From assembly GCA_038321865.1 (NCBI GenBank), contig JBBQFH010000017.1, positions 1 through 63,485 of the forward strand: a DNA stretch of 63,485 bases, given 5' to 3'. Shown one piece after another: positions 9,831 to 18,814 of the stretch (positions are counted from its first letter, which is position 1; each line of letters opens with the position of its first letter). This DNA comes from Gemmatimonadales bacterium (lineage in GTDB: Bacteria; Gemmatimonadota; Gemmatimonadetes; Gemmatimonadales; GWC2-71-9). Both the position numbers and the translations under genes were made by a program. A model generated the notes under the pieces. It was given only the letters and a program-made list of their open reading frames with translations, was not told the origin of the DNA and made no database searches.

Positions 9831-10379
9831 GCCGGGTCCGCCGGGTGCGCGTCCGCGACTCAGTCGCAGTCGCTCGACTTCAGCGGCCAGCGCATCGGTC
9901 ACGACTTCGATCGACTGACCGGTCGTGTCGATCACGGTCAGCGCGAACGCGTCGGCCTGGCCGCGCAGATAGGCGGCCCACGCGCTCATCTCCGGCGACG
10001 CGAGCTCCGGCTGCCTGCGCGGCCCGGCCAGCCGGCGAGCCCGTTCCTCGACGGAGCAGTCGAGCAGCACGATCTGTGCGTTCGGCTGGCCGACATCGGC
10101 CAGAGCAGCGCGAATGACCGACGGCCGGGCCTGTCCATCGAGCACCGCCACTTCGGCCGAGTCCGCCGCCAGCCGCCGAACCCACTGCTCGGTCATCGCC
10201 GCCTGCCACGCCTCGCCACTCCCGTAGTCGCGAATCATCTCGGCCGGGCTCGGCACGCCGACCGAGTCGAAGTAGTGACAGCGTATCCCGGCGATGCCCC
10301 GGCCCTCGAGCGCGCGAACGGCGGTGGTCTTGCCCGCGCCCGAGGCACCGGTCACGAAGAGCAGCGCCGGCGGCGTCAA
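9684..10379 (-). CDS. P-loop nucleotide kinase-like (AAA) protein reading in frame into the DinB N-terminus
   Basis: Walker A GASGAGKT, VLDGQ; TTG start overlaps the VOC stop (TTGA). Confidence 0.7.
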   Translation of the reverse strand: MTPPALLFVTGASGAGKTTAVRALEGRGIAGIRCHYFDSVGVPSPAEMIRDYGSGEAWQAAMTEQWVRRLAADSAEVAVLDGQARPSVIRAALADVGQPNAQIVLLDCSVEERARRLAGPRRQPELASPEMSAWAAYLRGQADAFALTVIDTTGQSIEVVTDALAAEVERLRLSRGRAPGGPGMDFDLAAGIAVLGARRTPSVRCSPGSRNRGPGRPRAPRPGARTASSAI

Positions 10380-10861
10380 GCGCGGAGCGCCGCCTCGATG
10401 GCCGCGACGTCGATCTTCTTCATCTGCATCATCGCATCGAAGGCCCGCTTGGCGGCGGCGGGATCGGGGTTGGTGATCGCCTTCGTCAGCGCGACCGGCG
10501 TGATCTGCCAGGACAATCCCCACTTGTCCTTGCACCAGCCGCACTCGCTCTCCTGGCCGCCGTTGCCGACGATCGCGTTCCAGTAGCGATCGGTTTCGGC
10601 CTGGTCGGCGGTCGCGACCTGGAACGAGAACGCCTCGCTGTGCTTGAAGGCGGGCCCGCCGTTGAGCCCGAGGCACGGAATGCCGAGCACGGTAAACTCG
10701 ACGGTCAGCACGTCGCCCTTCTTGCCGGACGGAAAGTCTCCCGGTGCTCGGTGCACGGCACTGACGGACGAATCCGGAAAGGTCCCGGCGTAGAACCGCG
10801 CGGCCTCCTCGGCGTCGCGATCGTACCAGAGGCAAATGGTGTTCTTCGCGTGGTTCGGCAT
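10376..10861 (-). CDS. VOC / PhnB-like (3-demethylubiquinone-9 3-methyltransferase family) protein
   Basis: NTICLWY, LNGGP, SFQV, CGWCKDKWGLSWQI. Confidence 0.9.
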   Translation of the reverse strand: MPNHAKNTICLWYDRDAEEAARFYAGTFPDSSVSAVHRAPGDFPSGKKGDVLTVEFTVLGIPCLGLNGGPAFKHSEAFSFQVATADQAETDRYWNAIVGNGGQESECGWCKDKWGLSWQITPVALTKAITNPDPAAAKRAFDAMMQMKKIDVAAIEAALRA

Positions 10862-10933
10862 CTCACTCCTCCATCGCGGACATTGGGTCTGAGAGAAATG
10901 GTCGCGGCTCGGGCGCCTGTCAAGAACTCCGTG

Positions 10934-12226
10934 TCAGCGCTCCTCGAGCAGGCGCACCGCCGCCTGGTTGACGAACAGAAGCTCGCTGTGCTTGCTGCCT
11001 TGCCGGGTGTCGGCGCCGAAGCGCCGGGCCCACGTGAGCGGTGTGACGTCGCGGAACTCGCGGAGCCGCGGGTCGCCGTGACCCGATCCCAGCCGCATGC
11101 GGATCGACGCGCGCACATTCGGGTCGGCGCCGTGGTCGAGCAGGAGCTGGGCAAGGCGCGCGTCCTCCGGACGCTGGGTCCACCCGCCGCGGTAGTTCAT
11201 CCAGAAACCCGCCTGGGACACCGCCGCGTTGAACAGCGGCGTGTGGCCGCCGAAGCCGTCCGCATCGAGCGCGGCCCGCGCGTTCACATCGGCACCGCGC
11301 TCGAGCACCCACTCCGCCATGTCGAGCTCGTCCCAGTAGACCGCGAGGTGGAGCAGCGTGCCGCCGTCCACCGGCGTGCCCATGCACTCGTAGCTCGTGT
11401 GCCGGCAGCCGACCTCGGGCGGAAAGATCTCGTCGATCGCGAAGCGGCGGTCCAGAAGGCCGGCCTCCTTCACGAGATGCGCCTCGAGCAGGTCGAAGCG
11501 GCCACGGTGAAAGGCCATGACGGGTGTGTCGGGATATTCGTACCCGTGCTCGGCGTAGAGCGCGAGGATGCGGCGCTTGGCCTCGGGATTCCGGCTGTCG
11601 GATCCGATCGCGGTTTCGACCGGCGCCGACTGCCGTCCGTCGTCGAAGCGCACGCGGGCGCCGAGCCGGAAGAGAAACTCGGTGCCCGGCACGCTCAGCG
11701 TATAGGCCGCGCCGCCGAAGGCGTCGTCGGGCGGGGCGGGGCGGCCCATCATCTCGTGCAGCAGCGCTGCGGTGCTCACCCGGCTCTGGAGGATCGCGCG
11801 ATCGATCGCGAACTCGAGGTCGCGGGCGCCGAGGCCGTGCAGCAGGCGGATGATGTCGTCCCGGCCGAGGTTGGCGGCGTAGCTGAGCGGCGGGCCCCAG
11901 TTCCGGTTGCCGATGCCGGCATTGTCATGGAGGAGCGCCGGGTTGGCGGTGACCAGCCGGCGGACGGTGGCGGGATCGTCGTCCCAGATGGCGTCGATCA
12001 GCTCGCAGGATTGAACGACGCGGGTCCAGCTGGAGGCGCCGTATGAGCGCGCGAGGGCAAGCTGCGCATCGGCGAGCCGGGCCGCTTCGGGCGTGACCTC
12101 CGGGTGCCATTCCGCGAAGAGCGCCAGCGCCGCGGGGTCGCGGCGGCGGAAGGCGTGGAGCAGATCCTTGGCCTGGTGCCTGAGCTGGGAGAGATCGGGA
12201 CGGACCGGCAGGCGGCGGACGGGCAC
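10934..12226 (-). CDS. Ankyrin-repeat protein with N-terminal LPxRPDLxQL...AQLALARSYG..SW domain
   Basis: GTG start after GAGGAGG; GTLLHLAV, GHTPLFNAA, LLDHGADPN repeats. Confidence 0.85.
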   Translation of the reverse strand: MPVRRLPVRPDLSQLRHQAKDLLHAFRRRDPAALALFAEWHPEVTPEAARLADAQLALARSYGASSWTRVVQSCELIDAIWDDDPATVRRLVTANPALLHDNAGIGNRNWGPPLSYAANLGRDDIIRLLHGLGARDLEFAIDRAILQSRVSTAALLHEMMGRPAPPDDAFGGAAYTLSVPGTEFLFRLGARVRFDDGRQSAPVETAIGSDSRNPEAKRRILALYAEHGYEYPDTPVMAFHRGRFDLLEAHLVKEAGLLDRRFAIDEIFPPEVGCRHTSYECMGTPVDGGTLLHLAVYWDELDMAEWVLERGADVNARAALDADGFGGHTPLFNAAVSQAGFWMNYRGGWTQRPEDARLAQLLLDHGADPNVRASIRMRLGSGHGDPRLREFRDVTPLTWARRFGADTRQGSKHSELLFVNQAAVRLLEER

Positions 12227-12305
12227 ACGACCTCCTCGACTGCCCGAGGTCCGCACTCTGCGGGCGGACTCGGTCCTTCCCGCGGACGGGGGCGCCCTGC
12301 GCGCC
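12227..12305 (-). ncRNA. Putative structured 5' leader (riboswitch-like) of the ankyrin gene
   Basis: Several hairpins, two complementary loops and an alternative SD-sequestering stem; see findings. Confidence 0.45.
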
Positions 12306-12311
12306 TCCCGC

Positions 12312-12340
12312 AGCATATCGCGGGAACCCGTGACGGTCAA
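12312..12340 (-). promoter_or_regulatory. Sigma70-type promoter TTGACC-N17-TATGCT
   Basis: Near-consensus hexamers with 17-bp spacer upstream of the ankyrin leader. Confidence 0.65.
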
Positions 12341-12383
12341 TCATCGTGGCTCGGATGTGCTTCACCTGGCGCAGGCCTGTCGC

Positions 12384-12848
12384 TCAGTCCGCCCGCGTGT
12401 AGGTCAGCTGGAGGTCCGGCTCCCAGTTCGCGCCATCCCGCGACAGTTCCCCGGTGCTGTGGATCGTGCGTCCATCGGCGGCGATCGCGCCGGTGAAGCG
12501 CTGGGAAAAGCCCGGGGCATCGCGCCACCACTTCCACAGATTGTCCCGCAGGCTCACTTCATATTTCCGCGAGACCGCGCGCTCGTCGAAGTACAGCATG
12601 GAACACTCCCCGGTGGTGTCGTCACAGCCGAAGACGGCGATGCCGCTGGGGATTTCCGGCTCGTCGATCTGCGAATGCATGATGAGGAACGCGCCGCCCT
12701 CGAGCCAGTCGAACGAGGTGCGGCCGTGAAACGTCTTGCCCGGCACGAGCGGATGCGTGCCGACCGTGTTCCAGGTCCCGACCAGCACGCTCAGCGGCTC
12801 GAGCGTCGGATTTGGCTTCGCGGCTTCGTTACCAGGGGGGTGATCCAT
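12384..12848 (-). CDS. Conserved hypothetical beta-barrel protein (DUF1579-like)
   Basis: LVGTW...FDWLEGGAFL...YFDERAVSR...FSQRFTG; SD GGAGG. Confidence 0.65.
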   Translation of the reverse strand: MDHPPGNEAAKPNPTLEPLSVLVGTWNTVGTHPLVPGKTFHGRTSFDWLEGGAFLIMHSQIDEPEIPSGIAVFGCDDTTGECSMLYFDERAVSRKYEVSLRDNLWKWWRDAPGFSQRFTGAIAADGRTIHSTGELSRDGANWEPDLQLTYTRAD

Positions 12849-13563
12849 TCGACCTCCGATCTGGGCACTCGAGATGATTTTGAGTTTTCTCGTGTGCGAG
12901 TGCGTCCGCGTGCGCGAGGACCCACGATCGGCACGCCTGTGCCCAGGCGCGCACCGCGTCCGGCGCCCCGGGGCGCGTCGCCAGTGCGGCCTGCGCGTCG
13001 AGGATCGCTGGCACGGCTTCAGCCGGCGGCAGGGCGCCGTAGGCCCGTAGGAAGCTGGCCAACCGGGGCCCCTGCACGTCGGAGGCGAGGTCGTGGTTGC
13101 CAAGGTCCAACCACAGCCAGGCGGCATATCCAACGTCCTCGCGCCGCGCGCCCGGGTGAGCCGCGTCGAAGTCGATGAACGCCACCGGCAGGCCTCGCTG
13201 AAACACCGCGTTGCAGGGGCTCGGGTCGCCGTGACAGACCACCTCGGCGTCCCCACGTAGTGGGCTCCCCGCGGTGGAGTCATGGAAGGCGCGCAGCAAC
13301 CGGGCAGCCGCCACGAACGCCGGCTCCCCGAACCACCCGAGCTCGGCGGGAACCTCACCGGGCAGGTAGGTCAGCACGTCACGCGCCGCCACGTCGGTTC
13401 CCAGATATCGCGGCGCGCCTGCAAAGCTGGTGCGTTCGAGTTCGAGGAGGAGGGCACGCACGAACGGGGAGTGCGGGCCGGAAGGCCGCCGCACGGTGTC
13501 ATCGACGCGGACGACGCCGCGCGTCGTGCGACCTCCGGACAGCGGGACTTCGGCGGAGCTCAC
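12829..13563 (-). CDS. APH-family phosphotransferase
   Basis: GVVRVDDTVRR, CHGDPSPCN, FIDFD. Confidence 0.8.
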   Translation of the reverse strand: MSSAEVPLSGGRTTRGVVRVDDTVRRPSGPHSPFVRALLLELERTSFAGAPRYLGTDVAARDVLTYLPGEVPAELGWFGEPAFVAAARLLRAFHDSTAGSPLRGDAEVVCHGDPSPCNAVFQRGLPVAFIDFDAAHPGARREDVGYAAWLWLDLGNHDLASDVQGPRLASFLRAYGALPPAEAVPAILDAQAALATRPGAPDAVRAWAQACRSWVLAHADALAHEKTQNHLECPDRRSNGSPPW

Positions 13564-13641
13564 GCGCCCGACACCGCGCTCACATGCCCGGCGACCGACT
13601 GCCAGCCCTTTGCCGCACGCTTCCACACCCGGGCCACTTTG

Positions 13642-14046
13642 CTAGTCGGCGACCCTGCGCCACCCCATCGCCAACCCATTCTCGACCTCCATGCCGATGC
13701 CGACAGCGGCGACCGTGCCCTTGGCGAGCCACGACGCCTTGTACGAATCCTTCGTCTTCTCGATCACGAGCTCGTACTCATCCGAAAATTCGCCGCTGTC
13801 GTAGAAATAGCGGACGTGGTAGTGCCCGGCAAAACCTTCCCTCGGCCCTCCGGTTGCTATGCCGGGACCGCTGTACGTGGTGCCGTATAGCCATCTCGCG
13901 TTCAGAGTTCCCGGTGCAAGACTCCTGGTGTACAGGACAAAGTCGATATTCAACGGATCCGTCATCTCTCGAGCCGCTGGCCGGGGGGATGGGTTCGCCG
14001 CCCCGAGGCATGTCAGTGATGCTGCAATCCAGAATGACCTGAACAT
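13642..14046 (-). CDS. Secreted hypothetical protein
   Basis: Signal peptide-like MFRSFWIAASLTCLGA after GAGG; globular beta-rich body. Confidence 0.55.
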   Translation of the reverse strand: MFRSFWIAASLTCLGAANPSPRPAAREMTDPLNIDFVLYTRSLAPGTLNARWLYGTTYSGPGIATGGPREGFAGHYHVRYFYDSGEFSDEYELVIEKTKDSYKASWLAKGTVAAVGIGMEVENGLAMGWRRVAD

Positions 14047-14163
14047 GTCGCCGCCTCTGCTGGTGTGGGGTGGTGGCGCGGAACGGGCGTCGAACCTGCG
14101 CTGAGGGAGGCCGGCCGTCACCTGTCTGAGGGCGCTGATGGACCTGTCGGCGGTTCCCACCGA

Positions 14164-14529
14164 TCAGGCCGGGCCGGGCAACGTGTGCGACGCCGCCACG
14201 GCCTGGCCGGCCAACGCCGCCAGCACGATGCCCGCCTGTACCTCCGGCACCGCGAGCACCGCGCCGATGCCAAATATGGCCATTACGTAATTCGCGGCTC
14301 GCAGCGCCCTAGTGGTGGGCAGGCGGCACGGCTCCACCCCGATGTAAGCGAGGTTAAGTCCGGCCAGCATCAGCAGGCCGAGCCCGGTGCCCGCAAACCA
14401 CACGGCGTCGGGTGTCCACGCGCGATAGATCGGCCACGTGAGCCCGACATGCAGCAGCGCCAGAATCCCCAGGACGGCGCTCGAGCACCGGTGCACGATG
14501 CGCCAGGCAGGATAACCGCGCGGCGTCAT
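14164..14529 (-). CDS. Small integral membrane hypothetical protein
   Basis: About four hydrophobic segments; SD GGGAGG. Confidence 0.55.
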   Translation of the reverse strand: MTPRGYPAWRIVHRCSSAVLGILALLHVGLTWPIYRAWTPDAVWFAGTGLGLLMLAGLNLAYIGVEPCRLPTTRALRAANYVMAIFGIGAVLAVPEVQAGIVLAALAGQAVAASHTLPGPA

Positions 14530-14540
14530 GGAAGCCTCCC

Positions 14541-15320
14541 TCAGCGTGCCAGTTGCCTCCCCAGGAATTCGATCGTCCGCCTCCACGCGTCCGCGGCGTC
14601 AGGCGGCGAGTAGGTCGCGGCCCAGGGCGCATTGAACACGTGCCCCGCGCCCGGATAGAGATGCATCTCCACCTTGCCGCCGTGCGCCCGCATCCTGTCG
14701 TAGAGGCGATGCGCGAGCTCGACCGGCACCTCGGTGTCGGCCTCTCCGTGGAGGATCAGGAGTGGCGGGAATCGCGGAATGTCTCCGACCGCGGGATCCG
14801 AATCGCTGCCGCCGCCGTAGAAGTCGACCACCGCCCTGACAGCCGGCATCGAGCCCGCCACCGACACAGCCAGGAACGCTCCACGGGAATACCCTACCAG
14901 CCCGATATGCCGGCCAGCCACCTGTGACATGGTGTCCAGATACGCGACCGCGTTGCGAACCGTCGCCTGCCACGCCGGCCAGTTCCGCTGCTCCTCCGCG
15001 CGCGAGCCACCTCGGCCGGTCTCGGCGTAGTAGTCGATGGCCAGGGCGACGAGACCGGCATCGGCGAAGGCCCGGGCGAAGCGCGCATAGTCCGACCGCC
15101 AGCCGTATGAGCCGGGCAGGAGTATCACGGCATCGTGCGGTCCCGGCGTCTGCGGCGTTTCGAGAACCCCCCAGACCGCGGGGGCGACACCCGTGGCCGT
15201 AAGTCGATGCGGCCGCGGCGCGCCACTGGTGCAGGCACCACACGCGAGGCCCAGGGCGAGAAGAACGGCAAGCGGAACCCGTCGACGACCGTTCCCCATC
15301 CGGCCCGCTCGCATCGGCAC
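14541..15320 (-). CDS. Dienelactone hydrolase-family alpha/beta hydrolase, probably exported
   Basis: GYSRG nucleophile elbow, LHGEADTEV, YPGAGHVF. Confidence 0.85.
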   Translation of the reverse strand: MPMRAGRMGNGRRRVPLAVLLALGLACGACTSGAPRPHRLTATGVAPAVWGVLETPQTPGPHDAVILLPGSYGWRSDYARFARAFADAGLVALAIDYYAETGRGGSRAEEQRNWPAWQATVRNAVAYLDTMSQVAGRHIGLVGYSRGAFLAVSVAGSMPAVRAVVDFYGGGSDSDPAVGDIPRFPPLLILHGEADTEVPVELAHRLYDRMRAHGGKVEMHLYPGAGHVFNAPWAATYSPPDAADAWRRTIEFLGRQLAR

Positions 15321-15341
15321 CTCCCGCAGGGAATTGTGAGA

Positions 15342-15872
15342 TCAGGCAGGAACGTAGGTCAACCTGATCACATCCTCCGCAATCAGATCATTGGCCGTGA
15401 GCCGGAGCCGCGGCCGAGGCCCGGCGAAATATGGCTTGCCGTGCCCGACCACGACGGGGTGCAGGTAGATGCGATACTCGTCGATCAGGCCAAGTTCGGT
15501 GAGGCTGTGCGCCAGGCACGGGCCGGCTACTTCGATCGCCCCATCGCGCTCGGCCTTGAGCTGGCGGATCGCGCCCGCAAGTTCGCCCTCGACGAGCGTG
15601 GCGTTGGGGCCGACCGACTTGAGCGAGCGCGAGACGACCCATTTCGGCTGCTTCCGCCACGCTGCCGCGAAGGCTTGTTCATCTGCGTCCCATTCAGGGT
15701 GCTCCTCGTCCCAGTAACGCATGACCTCATATATCTGGCGACCGTACACAGCGCCCGCCTGCCCCTCGACCTCCTCGATGAAGTGGCGGAAGAGCTTGGG
15801 GCCTGGCGCGAACGCCGTATGGTCGACGAAGCCGTCCAGGGACTGGTTCATGCCGAATACGAGCCTCGCCAT
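15342..15872 (-). CDS. Dihydrofolate reductase / RibD C-terminal family protein
   Basis: SLDGFVD, YGRQIYE, GLIDEYRIYLHPVVVG. Confidence 0.88.
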   Translation of the reverse strand: MARLVFGMNQSLDGFVDHTAFAPGPKLFRHFIEEVEGQAGAVYGRQIYEVMRYWDEEHPEWDADEQAFAAAWRKQPKWVVSRSLKSVGPNATLVEGELAGAIRQLKAERDGAIEVAGPCLAHSLTELGLIDEYRIYLHPVVVGHGKPYFAGPRPRLRLTANDLIAEDVIRLTYVPA

Positions 15873-15874
15873 GC

Positions 15875-16390
15875 CTACGTCCTTTCCTTGCGCGACGCGT
15901 CAGCGCGCGATCGTCGCGGCTTGGCCGCTGCCGAACGCATGACCACCGACCCGCGGCCGGTGCGGGCAAACGGCACGCGATTGCGGGCGATGGCCGCGTC
16001 GATCAGGCTCGCGACCGCCGGCCGGGCGAGCGTGGACGCGCCCTCCAGGTGAATCCAGCGCGTCTGGTTGCCGGACCCCCGCAAGAGTTTCTCCGGATCC
16101 GGCAATCCTTTCCCCTGATTGAAGTACAGCCTGATGCCGTCCGCGCTCCCGCGGAGTGCGAGCACGCCCTCGTACCCGCGGTCGCTCGGCGAAAAGCTGA
16201 TGACGAAGCAGTCGCGATATTCATAGACCACCTCACAGGCGGTGGGCAGCCGCTTTCGCAGCGACCGTCGCATCGCGCCGATGGGCCGCAGCTGCGCCGG
16301 CGCGAACCTGGCGATCAGCCCACGCACCTCTGCGTCTGCCAATCGTCGCGACGCCACAGATTGGGTGTCCGGTTGCTGGGCCGCCTTCAT
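15875..16390 (-). CDS. DUF1801-like hypothetical protein
   Basis: EVVYEY...LYFNQGKGLPDPEKLLRGSG. Confidence 0.6.
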   Translation of the reverse strand: MKAAQQPDTQSVASRRLADAEVRGLIARFAPAQLRPIGAMRRSLRKRLPTACEVVYEYRDCFVISFSPSDRGYEGVLALRGSADGIRLYFNQGKGLPDPEKLLRGSGNQTRWIHLEGASTLARPAVASLIDAAIARNRVPFARTGRGSVVMRSAAAKPRRSRADASRKERT

Positions 16391-17016
16391 TGGCGCACAT
16401 AGCGCAGGTGGGTCGCGGCCGGCGTATCGAGCACCCTGTCGATCCGAAACTGCGGCCCGGGCTCGCGCTGGTTCTCGAAGAGACGCCGCCCGCCGCCGAA
16501 CAACACCGGTGCCAGGGCGATTTCCAGCTCGTCGACGGCACCCAGGTTCAGGTACTGCTGGATCACATCCGCTCCACCCGAGATCCGGATGTCACGACTG
16601 CCGGCGGATTCCCGAGCCAGCTCGAGGGCTCGCTCCGGCCCGTCATTGACGAAGTAGAAGGTCGTCCCGCCGGGGCGCGGCCAGGGTTCGCGTTTCTCGT
16701 GGGTCAGCACGTATACCGGCGTGTGAAACGGGGCCTCCTCGGGCCAGGCGACCTCGCCCTGGTCGAACATGCGCTTGCCCATGATGTTGGCGCCGCTGCG
16801 CTCCGCCGTGCGGCGAACCAGGTCGTTGACCGGACCGGTTTCTCCCCCCGACCCGAACTGGAGGTTCTCACGGAAGTACTGTTGCGTGACGAGCCAGCCC
16901 ATCAGCGCACCCCACTTGGCGCCCCAGTTCTTGTACTCCGGCTTCCCCATGGTCATTCCGTCCGGTGCCATGTAGCCGTCGAGGCTGAGTCCGACGTTGA
17001 CGAATACCGTGCTCAT
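16387..17016 (-). CDS. Dihydrofolate reductase / RibD C-terminal family protein
   Basis: SLDGYMA, IMGKRMF, ISGGADVIQQYL, APVLFGGG. Confidence 0.88.
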   Translation of the reverse strand: MSTVFVNVGLSLDGYMAPDGMTMGKPEYKNWGAKWGALMGWLVTQQYFRENLQFGSGGETGPVNDLVRRTAERSGANIMGKRMFDQGEVAWPEEAPFHTPVYVLTHEKREPWPRPGGTTFYFVNDGPERALELARESAGSRDIRISGGADVIQQYLNLGAVDELEIALAPVLFGGGRRLFENQREPGPQFRIDRVLDTPAATHLRYVRQ

Positions 17017-17043
17017 GATTCTCCTGTCGCGTGTTCGTGTCCT

Positions 17044-17083
17044 ATACTTAGGGCTTGACCTTAGTATTGTCAAGCGCTATGAT
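17044..17083. promoter_or_regulatory. Divergent promoters with ArsR-type palindromic operator ATACTTAGG-N6-CCTTAGTAT
   Basis: Plus strand TTGACC(17055)-N17-TATGAT(17078); minus strand TTGACA at 17068-17073; 9-bp inverted repeat with one mismatch. Confidence 0.7.
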
Positions 17084-17128
17084 CTCTCAAGAAGCAGGGG
17101 TGACCCCACCCAATCGACTGGTGTTGAA

Positions 17129-17461
17129 ATGCTGCAATCCGCGGTCGCTGACGACGTGTTTCATGCCTTGTCCAATTCGACGCGGCGGAAAGTGCTGGAG
17201 CGACTGTCGGCCGGACCCGCCACCGTGAGCGAGCTGGCGGCCCCGTTCGACATGAAACTCCCGTCGTTCGTCGAGCACCTGTCCGTGCTCGAGCAGAGCC
17301 GGCTGGTCGCGTCGAAGAAGCGCGGACGGGTACGGACGTACGAGCTCGCACCCGAACGGTTCAAGGTCGCCGAAGCGTGGCTGACCGAGCGGCGCCAGGT
17401 GTGGGAGGCTCGATTGGACCGGTTCGACGAATACGTCAAACAACTCAAGGAGAGGGAATAA
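17129..17461 (+). CDS. ArsR/SmtB-family transcriptional regulator
   Basis: VFHALSNSTRR, TVSELA, HLSVLE, GRVRTY. Confidence 0.9.
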   Translation: MLQSAVADDVFHALSNSTRRKVLERLSAGPATVSELAAPFDMKLPSFVEHLSVLEQSRLVASKKRGRVRTYELAPERFKVAEAWLTERRQVWEARLDRFDEYVKQLKERE

Positions 17462-17466
17462 CAGTC

Positions 17467-17952
17467 ATGAGCAAGCCATTTACCATCGATCCGAAACGTG
17501 ATTTCGCACTCGAGCGGTTCATCGACGCTCCCAAACGTCTCGTCTGGGAAGCGTTGACGAAGCCGGAACATCTCAAGGAGTGGTACATGCCCAAGCCCTG
17601 GGGCCGTGTGTCGGCCTGCGAGCTGGACGTGCGGCCGGGCGGCATCTTCAGCATCACCATCGCATCGGAGGGTCAGGAGGTTCCCAACCTCGGATGTTTC
17701 CTGGAAGTCGTTCCGATGGAGCGCCTGGTCTGGACCTCCATGTTGTTTCCCGGGTATCGCCCGGCCGTCTTTGACGACGTGCCGATCACCGCCATCGCCA
17801 CGATGGAGACGGTGGGGACCGGCACGCGCTACGTCTTCACCGCACTGCACCGGGATGAGGCCGACTTCGAGAAAGATAAAGCGTCGGGATTTCTGCAGGG
17901 GACCGAGATCGCGCTCGATCAGTTTGTGGAACATGTGCGATCGATGAAATAG
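17467..17952 (+). CDS. SRPBCC/AHA1-domain protein
   Basis: ERFIDAPKRLVWEALT..LKEW, LDVRPGG, LEVVPMERLVWT. Confidence 0.88.
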   Translation: MSKPFTIDPKRDFALERFIDAPKRLVWEALTKPEHLKEWYMPKPWGRVSACELDVRPGGIFSITIASEGQEVPNLGCFLEVVPMERLVWTSMLFPGYRPAVFDDVPITAIATMETVGTGTRYVFTALHRDEADFEKDKASGFLQGTEIALDQFVEHVRSMK

Positions 17953-18351
17953 TCATGGCGGGGCGACGGTCGCCGCCAACATTGCGGTCCGGTCCTGGCA
18001 GAGCGCGTCGATGTGCGCCCACGTCACACCGCCGAGCGGCACCTTCAGCCGGCGGAACATGGCGCGGGTGCCGCCAGCCTCGCCGGTCCACGCGACGTAG
18101 AGAAACCGGCCCGTTGGCGGTCCGTGCGTGTCAGGCCCGAGAAACACGGGAGCGCTGCGCCGCGCTTCGGTGCTGGTGTCCTTCAGGCGGAGTTCCCCTG
18201 AAAACTCCAGCGCCTCGCCAGCAGGGGGCTGGCTCTGCACGACGTCAGCCCCTCGCTGTAGCCCCGCCTCGAGGTGCGTGTGCGCGCCGCAGCTGGCGGG
18301 CGGGAGCCCGCGGAGGCGGATGCGGAACGGCGACACCGGCTGGGTACTCAC
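17953..18351 (-). CDS. DUF5990-like protein
   Basis: FLGP...GRFLYVAW...MFRRLKVPL. Confidence 0.6.
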   Translation of the reverse strand: MSTQPVSPFRIRLRGLPPASCGAHTHLEAGLQRGADVVQSQPPAGEALEFSGELRLKDTSTEARRSAPVFLGPDTHGPPTGRFLYVAWTGEAGGTRAMFRRLKVPLGGVTWAHIDALCQDRTAMLAATVAPP

Positions 18352-18402
18352 GGGGTCCGACCCATCGTCGTGGCAACTGCGAAGGCCAGGTGCAACGACT
18401 CG

Positions 18403-18624
18403 TCAGCCCACCGGCGGGTGAACGGCAGGGCTGCGACGCCAGAGGCGTACCGCCGCCCACCCGAAGGCGATCGCGAGAAGCGGGAACACCAGGGCACCGA
18501 TGTACGCCCCGTTACCGCCCGCCCGTACATGTCGCAGAAACCCGGTAACGACCAACAGCCGGACGAAATAGAAGACGAAGAACGTGCTCACGAGCGCGGT
18601 GAGCGCGGCCAGGGCGCGACGCAT
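18403..18624 (-). CDS. Small two-TM hypothetical protein
   Basis: ATG after GGAGGG; stop lies in an attC-like GGCTGAC. Confidence 0.5.
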   Translation of the reverse strand: MRRALAALTALVSTFFVFYFVRLLVVTGFLRHVRAGGNGAYIGALVFPLLAIAFGWAAVRLWRRSPAVHPPVG

Positions 18625-18653
18625 GATCCAACCCTCCAGTGATGGTCGTGGTG

Positions 18654-18705
18654 GGCTGACGCCCGAGCCAAGCTGACCACCCGTCAGCTTCAGCGTTCGA
18701 GAAGC
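18654..18705 (-). mobile_element. Degenerate attC-like site
   Basis: GCTGAAGCTGAC-gggtg-GTCAGCTTGGC-tcgggc-GTCAGCC (R' consensus GTTRRRY). Confidence 0.45.
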
Positions 18706-18814
18706 TCGATGTCGATGGTGGATCCGTCGATCAGGCCGAGTCCGCCATCGCGAGCGGCATGACTCTGGCGAGCGACACGCCGGCGCGAAGGGCGCGGCGG
18801 CACCGGCACGGCGG

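Noticed and set aside
14047..14163. Weak attC-like string (CAGGTGACGG...CGCAGG...GTTCCGC on the minus strand)
   Set aside because: Too degenerate to support on its own.
12829..17016. APH and DHFR-like genes as antibiotic-resistance determinants
   Set aside because: Family-level motifs only; they resemble widespread uncharacterised APH-like and RibD_C proteins rather than known aph or dfr genes.
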